Assembly (NCBI GenBank): GCA_963753055.1
Contig: CAVWAP010000002.1
Location: forward strand, 39,902-103,901
DNA length: 64,000 nt
From: an uncultured Bacteroidales bacterium
GTDB taxonomy: Bacteria > Bacteroidota > Bacteroidia > Bacteroidales > B18-G4
Direction of reading: 5' to 3'
Shown here: in pieces, positions 1 to 9,907 of the stretch
Layout: every line of letters starts with the position of its first letter
How positions within the stretch are numbered: position 1 is the first letter of the stretch
Notes under the pieces: model-generated
The model's input: only the letters and a program-made list of their open reading frames with translations
Databases searched by the model: none
What the model was told of the DNA's origin: nothing
Translations under genes and position numbers: made by a program

Positions 1-36
1 TGTTTGCTGAAAAATGCAATCAACGTTCGCATTGTC

Positions 37-1059
37 CTATTTTATAAGGAAAGTAAACTTGTCAAAGTTCTTCAAAGCAATACCGGTTCCACGGGCAACA
101 GCCCTTAATGGATCCTCGGCCACATGTAATGGCAACTTGGTCTTCAGGTGCAGCCGTTTATCCAGCCCCCTGAGCATGGAGCCACCACCAGCCAGGTAAA
201 TACCTGTCCGGTATATGTCTGCAGAAAGCTCAGGTGGTGTCATTTCCAACGTATTAAGCACAGCAGATTCAATCTTGGAAATAGACTTGTCGAGTGCATG
301 TGCTATCTCTGCGTAATTAACCGTGATCTCCTTTGGAATACCCGTCAGCATGTCCCTGCCATGAACGGCATAATCTTCCGGCGGGTTGTCAATATCCGGA
401 ATGGCAGCTCCAACCTCTATCTTGATCCTCTCTGCTGTACGTTCACCAATATTGATATTATGTTGCTTCCTCATGTATTCGATGATATCATAGTTGAAAT
501 CATCTCCGGCAATACGGATAGATTTATTGTTAACGATACCACCCAGGGCAATGACCGCGATCTCGCTGGTACCGCCACCAACATCAATAACCATGTTTCC
601 GGTAGGCTCAAGCACATCAATTCCCATACCGATGGCGGCGGCCATAGGCTCATGGATCAGCTTAACCTCCTTGGCACCAGCCTGCTCCGCTGAATCTTTT
701 ACAGCACGCTCTTCAACCTCTGTAATACCCGAAGGTATACAGATTACCATTTTTAATGCCGGGGGAAATAAGGTTTTGCGGGGAAAGATCATCTTGATCA
801 TTTCCCTGATCATATATTCTGCTGATTGGAAGTCTGCTATCACACCATCCCTCAGTGGCCTGACAGTCTTGATGTTTTCATGGGTCTTGCCATGCATCAT
901 CTGGGCCTTCCTGCCCACAGCAATGATTTGCCCGGTGTTTCTTTCAATGGCCACGATCGATGGCTCATCAACAACCACCTTATCATCAAAAATGATAATA
1001 GTATTGGCCGTTCCCAGGTCAATCGCTATTTCTTTAGTTAAAAAGGAAAACAGTCCCAT
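37..1059 (-). CDS. mreB: Rod shape-determining protein MreB (actin-like ATPase)
   Basis: 340-aa ORF with IAIDLGTANT (phosphate-1) and DVGGGTSEIAV (phosphate-2) actin-fold motifs. Collinear with MreB over its full length by eye. The antisense ORFs 148..693 and 494..1249 are shadows. Confidence 0.95.
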   Translation of the reverse strand: MGLFSFLTKEIAIDLGTANTIIIFDDKVVVDEPSIVAIERNTGQIIAVGRKAQMMHGKTHENIKTVRPLRDGVIADFQSAEYMIREMIKMIFPRKTLFPPALKMVICIPSGITEVEERAVKDSAEQAGAKEVKLIHEPMAAAIGMGIDVLEPTGNMVIDVGGGTSEIAVIALGGIVNNKSIRIAGDDFNYDIIEYMRKQHNINIGERTAERIKIEVGAAIPDIDNPPEDYAVHGRDMLTGIPKEITVNYAEIAHALDKSISKIESAVLNTLEMTPPELSADIYRTGIYLAGGGSMLRGLDKRLHLKTKLPLHVAEDPLRAVARGTGIALKNFDKFTFLIK

Positions 1060-1081
1060 ATGTTATTTTGCTTACTTACTT

Positions 1082-2602
1082 TTAATGTTTAAAATGCCTT
1101 GTGCCGGTGAAAACCATTGCCATGTCATTGTTGTTACAGTAGTCAATGGACTCCTGGTCCCTGACAGATCCTCCCGGTTGGATTACCGCTTTGATTCCAG
1201 CCTTGTGGGCTATCTCAACGGAATCCGCAAATGGGAAAAAAGCATCTGAGGCCATAACAGCTCCATCCAGCTCTAACTCAAATGACCTGGCTTTCTCTAT
1301 AGCCTGCTTAAGGGCGTCTACCCTTGATGTCTGACCCACACCGGTCCCAATAAGTTGCCTGTTTTTCGCCAATACAATCGCGTTAGACTTGGTATGTTTT
1401 ACGATGATATTTGCAAAAAGTAAATCATTTTTCTCATTTTCTTTTGGAGACAAGCTTGTTACAGTCTCCATTTCCTCTATTGATAAGGGTTTTAGGTCTT
1501 TGTCCTGTGCTATAACGCCATTAAGAACGGATTTGTATTGCAGTGCAGGAAAAGTATAGGATTTTGCTTTAAGGATGATGCGGTTTTTCTTTGATTTCAG
1601 GATCTCCAGGGCCTCATCATCATAACCCGGAGCCAGTAATACCTCCAGGAATATTTTATTGATTTCTTCAGCGGTGACTTTATCAACAGCCCTGTTGGTA
1701 ATAATAACTCCCCCGAAGGCGGATATTGGATCACCGGCCAGTGCATCTTTCCAGGCTTCGGTTAGGTCGTCGCGGGAGGCTACACCACATGCATTGGTGT
1801 GCTTCAGGATGGCAAAAGTAGGATTTGAAAATTCGCTGATCAGGTTGATTGCAGCGTCAATGTCAACCAGGTTGTTGTAGCTTATGGCCTTGCCATGAAG
1901 CTGTTCGAACACCTTATCCAGGCGACCGTAAAACCTGCCGGCCTGGTGTGGGTTTTCTCCATACCTCATGGGGTTGGGGTGGGCGATACTGCGTTTAAAA
2001 GCAGTGCCATTATCTCCATCGAAATAATTAAAAATAGCTGTATCGTAATGGGAGCTTACATCAAAAGCATAGCGGGCAAAAAGCCTCCTGTCGTCCACAG
2101 ATGTTAAGCCATTCTTTTCCTGCAGCAGGGCAATAAGTTCATCATATTGATCTGAAGAAGGGACGATCAGCACGTCCTTGTAATTTTTTGCACCGGCACG
2201 GATCAACGAGATACCACCAATATCAATTTTTTCTATGATGTCCTGTTCTGAAGCACCTGATGACACTGTTTCTTCAAAAGGATAAAGGTCCACGATGACC
2301 AGGTCAAATTCAGGTATTTCATAAGAAGATAGCTGCTCCAGGTCCTCCTGGAGATCTCGTCGTGCCAGGATGCCGCCAAAGACTTTTGGATGAAGAGTTT
2401 TGACACGACCACCGAGGATGGAGGGATAATCAGTTAAGGACTCAACCGTATATGCCTCAACGCCAAGATCCTTGATATAATCATAGGTGCCCCCGGTGGA
2501 ATAGATCCTGATATTTAAACTTGTTAATAAATAAACGATTTCATCAAGCCTGTCTTTATGGTAGACAGAAATTAGTGCATTCTTGATTTTCTTATTTTGC
2601 AT
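1082..2602 (-). CDS. purH: Bifunctional AICAR formyltransferase / IMP cyclohydrolase PurH
   Basis: MGS-like N-terminus (ALISVYHKD..STGGT), AICARFT/IMPCHase body, and the typical C-terminal FTGTRHFKH. Start placed at ATG 2602 (MQNKKIK); the ORF-track start at 2641 adds 13 unlikely residues. Confidence 0.93.
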   Translation of the reverse strand: MQNKKIKNALISVYHKDRLDEIVYLLTSLNIRIYSTGGTYDYIKDLGVEAYTVESLTDYPSILGGRVKTLHPKVFGGILARRDLQEDLEQLSSYEIPEFDLVIVDLYPFEETVSSGASEQDIIEKIDIGGISLIRAGAKNYKDVLIVPSSDQYDELIALLQEKNGLTSVDDRRLFARYAFDVSSHYDTAIFNYFDGDNGTAFKRSIAHPNPMRYGENPHQAGRFYGRLDKVFEQLHGKAISYNNLVDIDAAINLISEFSNPTFAILKHTNACGVASRDDLTEAWKDALAGDPISAFGGVIITNRAVDKVTAEEINKIFLEVLLAPGYDDEALEILKSKKNRIILKAKSYTFPALQYKSVLNGVIAQDKDLKPLSIEEMETVTSLSPKENEKNDLLFANIIVKHTKSNAIVLAKNRQLIGTGVGQTSRVDALKQAIEKARSFELELDGAVMASDAFFPFADSVEIAHKAGIKAVIQPGGSVRDQESIDYCNNNDMAMVFTGTRHFKH

Positions 2603-2709
2603 TGAATAGTAGTTTATTACAAGGGCCTGAATAAGAGCCACAAATTTAATGCATAATTTTCAAAGTAATAGTATTAACTTTACAAATTGCGCCCGCAAAC
2701 AGGAAAAGT

Positions 2710-3951
2710 ATGATACTTATAAGACTGATCCGCGAAAGCTTCAATTTCGCCCTGCACGAACTGATGGTTCACAAGACCAGGACCATGCTTACATTGCTTG
2801 GAATAACCATTGGGATCTTTTCGGTGATTATGGTGTTCACCATCTTCGACTCCATGGAACGCAAAATGCGTAAAGGGATTGACTCTTTGGGTAGCAATGT
2901 GCTGTTTATCACCAAGTGGCCCTGGTCAATGGGTGGGGATTATCCCTGGTGGAAATATTACAGACGCCCGGAACCGAGCCTTAATGATCTGAAAGAGATA
3001 GAGAAAAGAAGCACCGCATCGGTGGCCAGCGCCTATATGACCGGTTTTAACCGTACCCTCAAATATCAGAACAACAGCATTGAAAGTGTTGAAATCATAG
3101 GAACTTCACATAATTACTATATTGTATTGCCGTTCGATCTCCACGATGGCCGGTATTTTTCCCAGCTTGAATCCAACTCGGGCCGGCCAGTTGCCATCAT
3201 AGGAAATAATATTGCTGAGAACCTTTTTAAGAACACAAACGCCATAGGCAAGAAATTCAAAATGTCCGGCAGAAAGATAGAGGTCATCGGAGTGATGGCC
3301 ATAGAAGGAGAAGACATGTTTGGAAACTCATCCGACAATATGGTCATTATCCCGGTAAACTATGCTAAAACATTTATAGACCTTCACGACAGGGGTGCTA
3401 ATATTGTTGTGATGGCCAAACCGGGCGTTTCCAATGAAGAGTTGAAAGATGAACTGATCGGGATAATGCGATCGGTGAGGAAGCTCAAACCTAACGCTGA
3501 TGATGATTTCTCCATCAACGAAATAGATATTATTTCACAGGGTTTTGATGATTTCTTCTCTGTGGTTGCCGTTATTGGCTGGATCATTGGAGGCTTTTCC
3601 CTGCTCGTCGGTGGCTTCGGCATTGCCAACATTATGTTTGTGTCTGTCAGGGAAAGGATCAACATTATTGGAATACAGAAAGCCCTTGGGGCAAAGAACT
3701 ATTTCATACTCCTGCAGTTCCTTTTCGAAGCAATCTTTCTCGCCATATTCGGTGGTGTGGTCGGACTGCTTATCATCTTCCTGATTACCCTGATAACGAC
3801 CTACGTACTTGATTTTGAATTGGTCCTGACACAGGGCAATATCACCCTTGGCATACTTGTCTCTGTGGGGATTGGAGTGGTTGCCGGACTGATCCCGGCC
3901 CTGTCAGCATCACGGCTGAACCCGGTAGACGCCATGAGGGCGAATGCTTAA
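2710..3951 (+). CDS. ABC transporter permease, FtsX/MacB family (single module)
   Basis: 413 aa with an N-terminal TM helix, a MacB-like periplasmic domain and a C-terminal FtsX 4-TM bundle ending in SASRLNPVDAMR. There is no adjacent ATPase gene. Confidence 0.85.
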   Translation: MILIRLIRESFNFALHELMVHKTRTMLTLLGITIGIFSVIMVFTIFDSMERKMRKGIDSLGSNVLFITKWPWSMGGDYPWWKYYRRPEPSLNDLKEIEKRSTASVASAYMTGFNRTLKYQNNSIESVEIIGTSHNYYIVLPFDLHDGRYFSQLESNSGRPVAIIGNNIAENLFKNTNAIGKKFKMSGRKIEVIGVMAIEGEDMFGNSSDNMVIIPVNYAKTFIDLHDRGANIVVMAKPGVSNEELKDELIGIMRSVRKLKPNADDDFSINEIDIISQGFDDFFSVVAVIGWIIGGFSLLVGGFGIANIMFVSVRERINIIGIQKALGAKNYFILLQFLFEAIFLAIFGGVVGLLIIFLITLITTYVLDFELVLTQGNITLGILVSVGIGVVAGLIPALSASRLNPVDAMRANA

Positions 3952-4031
3952 GGGGTGAAGAGTGAGGGGTGAAGAGTGAGGTGTGAAGGGTGAAGGGTGA
4001 AGGGTGAAGGGTGAAGGGTGAAGGGTGAAGA
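3952..4031. repeat. Degenerate tandem heptamer array (GGTGAAG / GGGTGAA / GAGTGAG); left arm of an inverted repeat
   Basis: Read directly: aggggtgaagagtgaggggtgaagagtgaggtgtgaagggtgaagggtgaagggtgaagggtgaagggtgaagag. Positions 3969-3997 are the exact reverse complement of 4450-4478. Confidence 0.95.
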
Positions 4032-4086
4032 GAAAAAATGGGAACGTTTTGTGATTTTTGGTATTAACTAATAAATACCAGAAACA

Positions 4087-4446
4087 ATGAATCACAAAGA
4101 CCTTGACGCTTGGAAAAACTCAATAGATTTTGTTGTTCAAATTTATGAGCTTACAAAAAGCTTTCCCCCCGGAGAATCTTATGCGTTGTCACAACAGCTC
4201 AGGCGCGCTTCAGTGTCAATAGCATCAAATATTGCAGAGGGCTCAGCCAGGAATTCTTCAAAAGAGCTTGTTCGCTTTCTGCATCTTTCCCTGGGATCAT
4301 TGTCAGAGGTAGAAACACAACTTATAATAGGTCGAAAACTAAATTATTTTCAAGACCTTGATTCATACATGAATCTGTTGTTAATGGTAAGAAGGCCATT
4401 GATAGGATTAATAAAGTACCAAAAAGAAAAGTTGAAAAAGGAATAA
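4087..4446 (+). CDS. Four-helix-bundle protein (23S rRNA intervening-sequence protein family, TIGR02436/PF05635; Avd-like)
   Basis: 119 aa. It has the family-typical pattern LDAWKNSIDFVVQIYELTKSFP..E.YALSQQLRRASVSIASNIAEGSAR....E..RFL.LSLGSLSEVETQL. Confidence 0.85.
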   Translation: MNHKDLDAWKNSIDFVVQIYELTKSFPPGESYALSQQLRRASVSIASNIAEGSARNSSKELVRFLHLSLGSLSEVETQLIIGRKLNYFQDLDSYMNLLLMVRRPLIGLIKYQKEKLKKE

Positions 4447-4449
4447 ATT

Positions 4450-4480
4450 CCCTTCACCCTTCACACCTCACTCTTCACTC
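4450..4480. repeat. CTTCACC-type heptamer array; right arm of the inverted repeat around the four-helix-bundle gene
   Basis: The sequence is cccttcacccttcacacctcactcttcactc. Positions 4450-4478 pair perfectly (29 bp, checked base by base) with 3969-3997. Confidence 0.95.
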
Positions 4481-6597
4481 TAATAATACAAACTCCTGTA
4501 ATCTTCGATATCTGCGTTTTTCTCAATGGCGCGATACGGATAGTTGTTCCTTACGTTGCGCTCAAACTCGGTGGCTATCTGGCTTTTGTACATGGCGTAG
4601 CTGCCAAGCTCCGGCGCTTCGCTGATGTTATCGAGAACGACAACAAACACAGCACCGTTTCCAACAAGAGGGCCACTGTTCTGGTTTGGTGATAGTGTAA
4701 AGATTTTGGCTATGACTTCACTTTCGGATCCGAAACCCGGAATATTCCTGGAAGCAAATGTCAGGGTGGTATTGGTGTCGAGCGATACATTCATCTGGTC
4801 AGAGATCTGATAGATATCAGAAATGCCGGACTCATTGATCTTGTTTACGATGAACTCACCCTTGACTTCATTCAACACGTTATTTTTCAGCCTTTCCCTC
4901 ATTTCGTCATAAGGGATAATACCTTTAAAACGCTCTCCGGTTGCAACAGCCACAACGAATTTTTTATCAAGCTCAAAGACAGGTGATACATCACCGATTT
5001 TGGTTTTTTCAAAATACAACCAACGTATAATAGCCCTTGGGTCATCAAGGCCGGGAACTGCATTGCCCATCTCACGCAAATAAGTTGCTTCCCTTTTATC
5101 AAGACCTTCATTGATAACTGTTTGGTCGAACTGGTCTTTCGTTGTATTCTCTCCGGCAAACTTGCTGGCCTGTGTATATATTTGCTGGAATGTCTGGCTG
5201 CTCGGTGCGATAATCCTTTCGATCTGCGCTACACGGACCTTTTTCTTTAATTCGGTCTTGCCGGTTACTTTTATGACGTGGTAACCAAAGATGGTTTCTG
5301 CTGTTGTGATCTCTCCTTCTTCTGCATTACGGACTGCCTCGTTAAAAGCATAAACCATATTTCCATCCGGGAACCAACCAAGATCACCAAGGTTTTGCTC
5401 AACAGAGCCATCATTAGAATACTGTACTGCCAGCTCCTGGATCTTTTCAGGGTTGTTTTGGACAACAGCAAGAAGACTGTCGGCAAGGGCCCTGGCCTGG
5501 GTTTTTGTCCTTGTAACCTCACGGGCTGTTCTGAAAGCACCGGCATAAGCAATGAGAATATGTTCTGCGCGAAGTGAATCCGGGCGGTACTGAACATCCA
5601 TCAACTTGGCCATATGCCATTTTTCCTCTTCAACATAAGGCTCAACAAAAACATCGATATCCGAGTTGAACATGATAGAGTCAATCAGTACGGGCAGGGT
5701 GCCCTGGGTATACCAGGAGCTATCATACCTGGCATCAGAGGTTGTATTTACGAAGGCTGGTACGTTCTCTGCATAGGTGAATTCGCGAAAAATATCACGT
5801 ACATCCTGCTCGATGCTGCTTAAATCATCCCTTGAAGGACCAACCTCAAAAACAACATATTCAATATCCCTGGTTGTTTCCTGATCGAAACGGTACTTGT
5901 TTTCTTCATAATAACGGAGCTCATCATCTTCTGTAACGGTAACGAGGGAATCAGGGATCTCTGCATATTTCTTATAGGCATAACGGAACTCAGCTGTCTT
6001 CTTCTGGTTTTCGTACCGGGACTTTGCAAATACCTGTGGTACATAAAATCCTTTTAAGATAAGATTGTTATACTTGGTGTTCAGGCGGTCTCTCTTGATA
6101 AACTGCTCAAAACTAAGCCACTGGTTACGGGCCTGCTCATCAAGCTGATCCAGGTTCTGTAAATAATTGATGATCAGGTTGCGGTCATAACGACCAGTTT
6201 CCGGATTTGTAAAATACTGAAGAATCAAGGGGTGAGGGCTTACACCCTGTATCTGGTCAAACAACTCATCAGCTGAGACAATAAGACCCAGGTTGGCGAA
6301 CTCCTCATCCATCAGGATTTCGTTCACGACCTGTGTCCAGGTATTTTGCTTTATTGTAAATAGCTCATCATAGGTTAGGTTTTCCTTGCCCTGGTTGAGT
6401 TTTTGTGTTTCCACATTTGCATCAACCTTGATATTAAAATCCATACCCTGTATTTCGACACCGTTGATGATGCCTATAGAGGTTTTAGCTTTAGGTCCGG
6501 CCTTGAACAAGTCGCTCAAAACAAAAGCGGCAATTGCTACGCCGACGAGAATTACTGCTAGTCCTGAATGTTTTCTTATAGCTCCAATTACTGCCAT
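4480..6597 (-). CDS. PpiD/SurA-like periplasmic chaperone with parvulin-type peptidyl-prolyl isomerase domain
   Basis: 705 aa with an N-terminal membrane anchor (LAVILVGVAIAAFVL) and a SurA_N-like region. A parvulin domain follows (AEHILIAY...GDLGWF......GYHVIKV). Confidence 0.8.
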   Translation of the reverse strand: MAVIGAIRKHSGLAVILVGVAIAAFVLSDLFKAGPKAKTSIGIINGVEIQGMDFNIKVDANVETQKLNQGKENLTYDELFTIKQNTWTQVVNEILMDEEFANLGLIVSADELFDQIQGVSPHPLILQYFTNPETGRYDRNLIINYLQNLDQLDEQARNQWLSFEQFIKRDRLNTKYNNLILKGFYVPQVFAKSRYENQKKTAEFRYAYKKYAEIPDSLVTVTEDDELRYYEENKYRFDQETTRDIEYVVFEVGPSRDDLSSIEQDVRDIFREFTYAENVPAFVNTTSDARYDSSWYTQGTLPVLIDSIMFNSDIDVFVEPYVEEEKWHMAKLMDVQYRPDSLRAEHILIAYAGAFRTAREVTRTKTQARALADSLLAVVQNNPEKIQELAVQYSNDGSVEQNLGDLGWFPDGNMVYAFNEAVRNAEEGEITTAETIFGYHVIKVTGKTELKKKVRVAQIERIIAPSSQTFQQIYTQASKFAGENTTKDQFDQTVINEGLDKREATYLREMGNAVPGLDDPRAIIRWLYFEKTKIGDVSPVFELDKKFVVAVATGERFKGIIPYDEMRERLKNNVLNEVKGEFIVNKINESGISDIYQISDQMNVSLDTNTTLTFASRNIPGFGSESEVIAKIFTLSPNQNSGPLVGNGAVFVVVLDNISEAPELGSYAMYKSQIATEFERNVRNNYPYRAIEKNADIEDYRSLYY

Positions 6598-6654
6598 TTT
6601 GACTGTCGGTTTAAAATAGTTTGCAAAGGTAGAATTAAATTTCGAAAAACCGAA

Positions 6655-7920
6655 TTATTCTTGAAATTTTAGGTGTACCAGGTCAATCCGCGATTCGCTT
6701 GCCTGTAGGATCACACAAATGAAGCGGCCAATCGGGATCTCCTCTTTCAGCTCGGGTATGCTTTCGTGATGATGAATAATGAATCCCGCAAGTGTTTCAT
6801 AGTCATCTGTTTCAGGAAAGCTAAGATTATATTTTTCGTTGAGGTAGTCAATTTCAAGACGTCCGGAAAAGATAAATCCTCCGTCATCGGCCTGGCGCTC
6901 TACCAGTGCTTCCTCATCAAACTCATCTTCAATCTCTCCAAAGATCTCTTCGATGATATCTTCCATGGTTACCATGCCCGAGGTGCCACCAAACTCGTCT
7001 ACCACCACAGCAACGCTCTTATGTTCCCGGATAAAGGTTGACAATACATTATTGGCAAGCATGGCTTCGGGTACAACGATGATTGAGCGAGTGATGGACT
7101 TAATGGTTTCAAGGTTTTTGAAAAGATCCGATGTATGCACATAGCCAATGATATGGTCTATGGATTCACGGTAGATGAGGATCTTGGAAAAGCCGGATTC
7201 AATGAACAGCTGCCTCAGGTTCTGGAGACTATCATTTTCTTCTAATGCAACAATCTCGGTTCTTGGGACCATGCACTCCCTCAGTTTGATATTTCTGAAG
7301 TCGATTGCATTCTGAAACATTTGTATTTCCTGTTGCAGATCACTCTCCTCCGGTGCTTCAAGGGTAATTGTCTTAAGGTAATGGTCAAGGTCGATGGTGC
7401 TGAACACATACTTCTGCCCGGTAGTCTTGATCCGGAAGAAAACCCTGATGATGATCTCTCCCAACCCGATAAAAAGAATTATAAATGGGTAAAAAATGAT
7501 ATAAAAGATAAAAACGGGAATTGCAAAAAGGTTCAGTATGTAATTTGGTTTGATCCGGAACAGTGCTTTTGGCAAGAACTCAGCGGTAAATAATATCACC
7601 AGGGTTGCCAGGATCGTTTGAATAAGCAGGATGACCCAGTTGTTGTTCAGCCCACCGGGAAGATTATTCAATAAAAATGGCTCCAGGAGCCTGGCGGTGG
7701 CGATGCCATAAATAACCAGTGCTATATTATTCCCAAGCAATAAAGCACCGATAAAACGTGGAGGGTTTTGATTGAAAAATGCAATGATTTGGGCAGACAG
7801 CAAGCCCTTGCCTTTGTCAATTTCTATTTTCAGGTTGTTTGAGCTGACAAAGGCGATCTCCATCCCGGAAAAGAATGCAGATAAAATGAGAGTGAATATG
7901 ATTATCAGCCAGTTATCCAT
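6655..7920 (-). CDS. CNNM/hemolysin-family membrane protein (DUF21 + CBS pair + CorC_HlyC), GldE-like
   Basis: 421 aa with an N-terminal 4-TM DUF21, tandem CBS region and a C-terminal CorC/HlyC transporter-associated domain. The position next to lptC is typical for Bacteroidota. Confidence 0.85.
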   Translation of the reverse strand: MDNWLIIIFTLILSAFFSGMEIAFVSSNNLKIEIDKGKGLLSAQIIAFFNQNPPRFIGALLLGNNIALVIYGIATARLLEPFLLNNLPGGLNNNWVILLIQTILATLVILFTAEFLPKALFRIKPNYILNLFAIPVFIFYIIFYPFIILFIGLGEIIIRVFFRIKTTGQKYVFSTIDLDHYLKTITLEAPEESDLQQEIQMFQNAIDFRNIKLRECMVPRTEIVALEENDSLQNLRQLFIESGFSKILIYRESIDHIIGYVHTSDLFKNLETIKSITRSIIVVPEAMLANNVLSTFIREHKSVAVVVDEFGGTSGMVTMEDIIEEIFGEIEDEFDEEALVERQADDGGFIFSGRLEIDYLNEKYNLSFPETDDYETLAGFIIHHHESIPELKEEIPIGRFICVILQASESRIDLVHLKFQE

Positions 7921-7923
7921 AAA

Positions 7924-8505
7924 TTATTGTTCCTCTTCATCGATGAGTATTTCTCCGTGGGGGTTGATAATCCTTCGGTTTGAAAATGTCTGATCCGACT
8001 CCAGCCCATCACCATAAAGCACACCATCTCCCGTGGTGATCTTGACAAATTTATTAGAATAGATGATTTCCTTGCGCTGGTCCCAGATCAGCTCTTCTGT
8101 GTTGAGCTGCTCGTCCGTATCATAGTTGTTTACCACCACATCACCTCTTGCTTCCATAAACTTTCTTTCCCGGTAGTTGATTCCGTAGTCTGCAGTGATC
8201 TGGCTTGTAACAATCATCTCTTCATCATAGAAGATTACCTTGAACCCATCAGGAAACTCCATGTAGGGATCTTCTCCGTCAAAGCTGTGCATGGTAGGTG
8301 CTGAAAGCCTGACCTGGATCCTTGCAGAGTCACTATGAATAAATTCTATATCGTAGGCGCTCAAACCAGGAAGGGAGTCCAGGGAGGTATCGAAGGCCGT
8401 GATGTCCTTCATTTCATTCCTGCATGCAAAAAGCATTGCGATTATTGTTGCAAGAACAATGCTTTTTGAAAGAAATCCTGTGCTTTTTTTAATGAGCCGT
8501 CTCAA
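7924..8505 (-). CDS. lptC: LPS export periplasmic protein LptC-like
   Basis: 193 aa with an N-terminal anchor or lipobox-like segment (AMLFAC) and a beta-jellyroll-like repeat pattern (ADYGINY..ARGDVVV.N......L.TEELIWD). Synteny also supports the call. Confidence 0.7.
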   Translation of the reverse strand: MRRLIKKSTGFLSKSIVLATIIAMLFACRNEMKDITAFDTSLDSLPGLSAYDIEFIHSDSARIQVRLSAPTMHSFDGEDPYMEFPDGFKVIFYDEEMIVTSQITADYGINYRERKFMEARGDVVVNNYDTDEQLNTEELIWDQRKEIIYSNKFVKITTGDGVLYGDGLESDQTFSNRRIINPHGEILIDEEEQ

Positions 8506-8523
8506 ATTCTTAAGACTTGGTTA

Positions 8524-9876
8524 CTATTTGGCCGCCCTGACCTTGGTCGTTTCGTTGATCCAGCATTCAACCTTGTAATCATCACCCTCATTCAGGTTGT
8601 GGAAGAAGATGGTCTGCCCCTGGGGAAAGTGTGCTGAGTATGTAGAGATACGGCTGTTTGCTATTTCTGTAAGAGACTCGTCAACACGCTTAGCTGTGTA
8701 GTACTTGTCAACTGCTGCCCAATAAACTGCCTTTTTACTAAGGTCGTTCGTTCCGCACTCATTGCCAGATGCAGCATACATATCACCGATTAACAGGTAT
8801 GGTTGCCCGTTATCAGGGTTAATCTTGGCAGCCTTCAACGCATATGAACGCGCAGCCGGGTAGTTATTTAACCTGTTGTATGCCTCTGCCAGCATCAGGC
8901 TACTATTAAAGACACTCTCCTGGTCTTCAAGTTTTTCACCTTCTTTAAGATAGGTGATGGCCTTGTTGTAGTCTTCTTTCTTCATCATCATCTTACCAAT
9001 AAGGTAAGCCGATTCCGGGCTGGGCTCCAGATCATAAAGCTTAACTGTACTTTCGAAGTACAAGGGAGCATCGATACATTTTTTCTTATCAAGAAGCTTG
9101 GTTAGCTTCTTTAACATATCTATATCATTCGGGTTCTCCTGGAATTTAGGCGTATAGATCTCGACCAGTGCATCACATGTAGCATATGGCTCAAAGGTAA
9201 TATCGATATTACCTTTAACATTTTCCCAGTTAGACTTCTTGTTCTGATCCTCAGCGTACTTCTTCAGGTTAAAATCGATGATTTGTGAAGATCGATCATA
9301 ATTTTCGAATATGATATCAACAGGAGCTTTTTCCTCATCGATCATCTTTTTAGTGGCGCGCATATAGAATACCAGAACATCGGGAGCTGTATTATTCCCG
9401 TCTAATTCTAGCGACCGGTTAAAAATTTTGTACGCCTCTTCAAAGTCTTCCGGCCTGTATGTATACAGATCCACACCTTTTCTTCCAAGAATATACCCCT
9501 CCTTATTAAAATACTTAATGCGGGAATCATAAACCATCATCAAAGTATCAATCATCTTGTTCTTAACAACCACATCCTTACTGTTTTGGATCCTCCAGGT
9601 CATGATCTTTACCCCGTCAAGATACAGGCTTTGCCTTGAGGCGGGACAGTTTAATAATACCGAGCGCCACGGAGGAATAACATCCTTAATAGCCTCATTT
9701 TTATACCCGCTGGCCTTCCATTGTTTAAAAAATTCCTTGTAGAGGGAAAGGTTCATGATACAATTAACGCTGTCTTCGCCGTATTTCTTAACCTTTTCTT
9801 CCTGCGCCTGCAGTGATGTGATGGCGAACAGGGAAATCGTGAAAATTATTACCAGTGAAAAGATCCGTGTTTTCAT
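8524..9876 (-). CDS. TPR-repeat secreted protein
   Basis: Start placed at ATG 9876 (MKTRIFSLVIIFTISLFAITSLQAQ signal peptide). TPR-like helical repeats run through the C-terminal half (AEAYNRLNNYPAARSYALKAAKINPDNGQPY). The longer ORF-track version would overlap the upstream gene. Confidence 0.7.
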   Translation of the reverse strand: MKTRIFSLVIIFTISLFAITSLQAQEEKVKKYGEDSVNCIMNLSLYKEFFKQWKASGYKNEAIKDVIPPWRSVLLNCPASRQSLYLDGVKIMTWRIQNSKDVVVKNKMIDTLMMVYDSRIKYFNKEGYILGRKGVDLYTYRPEDFEEAYKIFNRSLELDGNNTAPDVLVFYMRATKKMIDEEKAPVDIIFENYDRSSQIIDFNLKKYAEDQNKKSNWENVKGNIDITFEPYATCDALVEIYTPKFQENPNDIDMLKKLTKLLDKKKCIDAPLYFESTVKLYDLEPSPESAYLIGKMMMKKEDYNKAITYLKEGEKLEDQESVFNSSLMLAEAYNRLNNYPAARSYALKAAKINPDNGQPYLLIGDMYAASGNECGTNDLSKKAVYWAAVDKYYTAKRVDESLTEIANSRISTYSAHFPQGQTIFFHNLNEGDDYKVECWINETTKVRAAK

Positions 9877-9907
9877 TTCTGTTTTGTTGAAGCGATTAAT
9901 ATTCAAA

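Noticed and set aside
148-1249. Long plus-strand ORFs (148..693, 494..1249, 826..1041) overlapping mreB
   Set aside because: They are antisense shadows of a highly conserved gene. Their translations are low-complexity and match no family.
3910-4095. 61-aa minus-strand ORF reading TLHPSPFTLHPSPFT
   Set aside because: It is only the translation of the GGTGAAG heptamer array, has no independent coding signal, and overlaps the permease 3' end.
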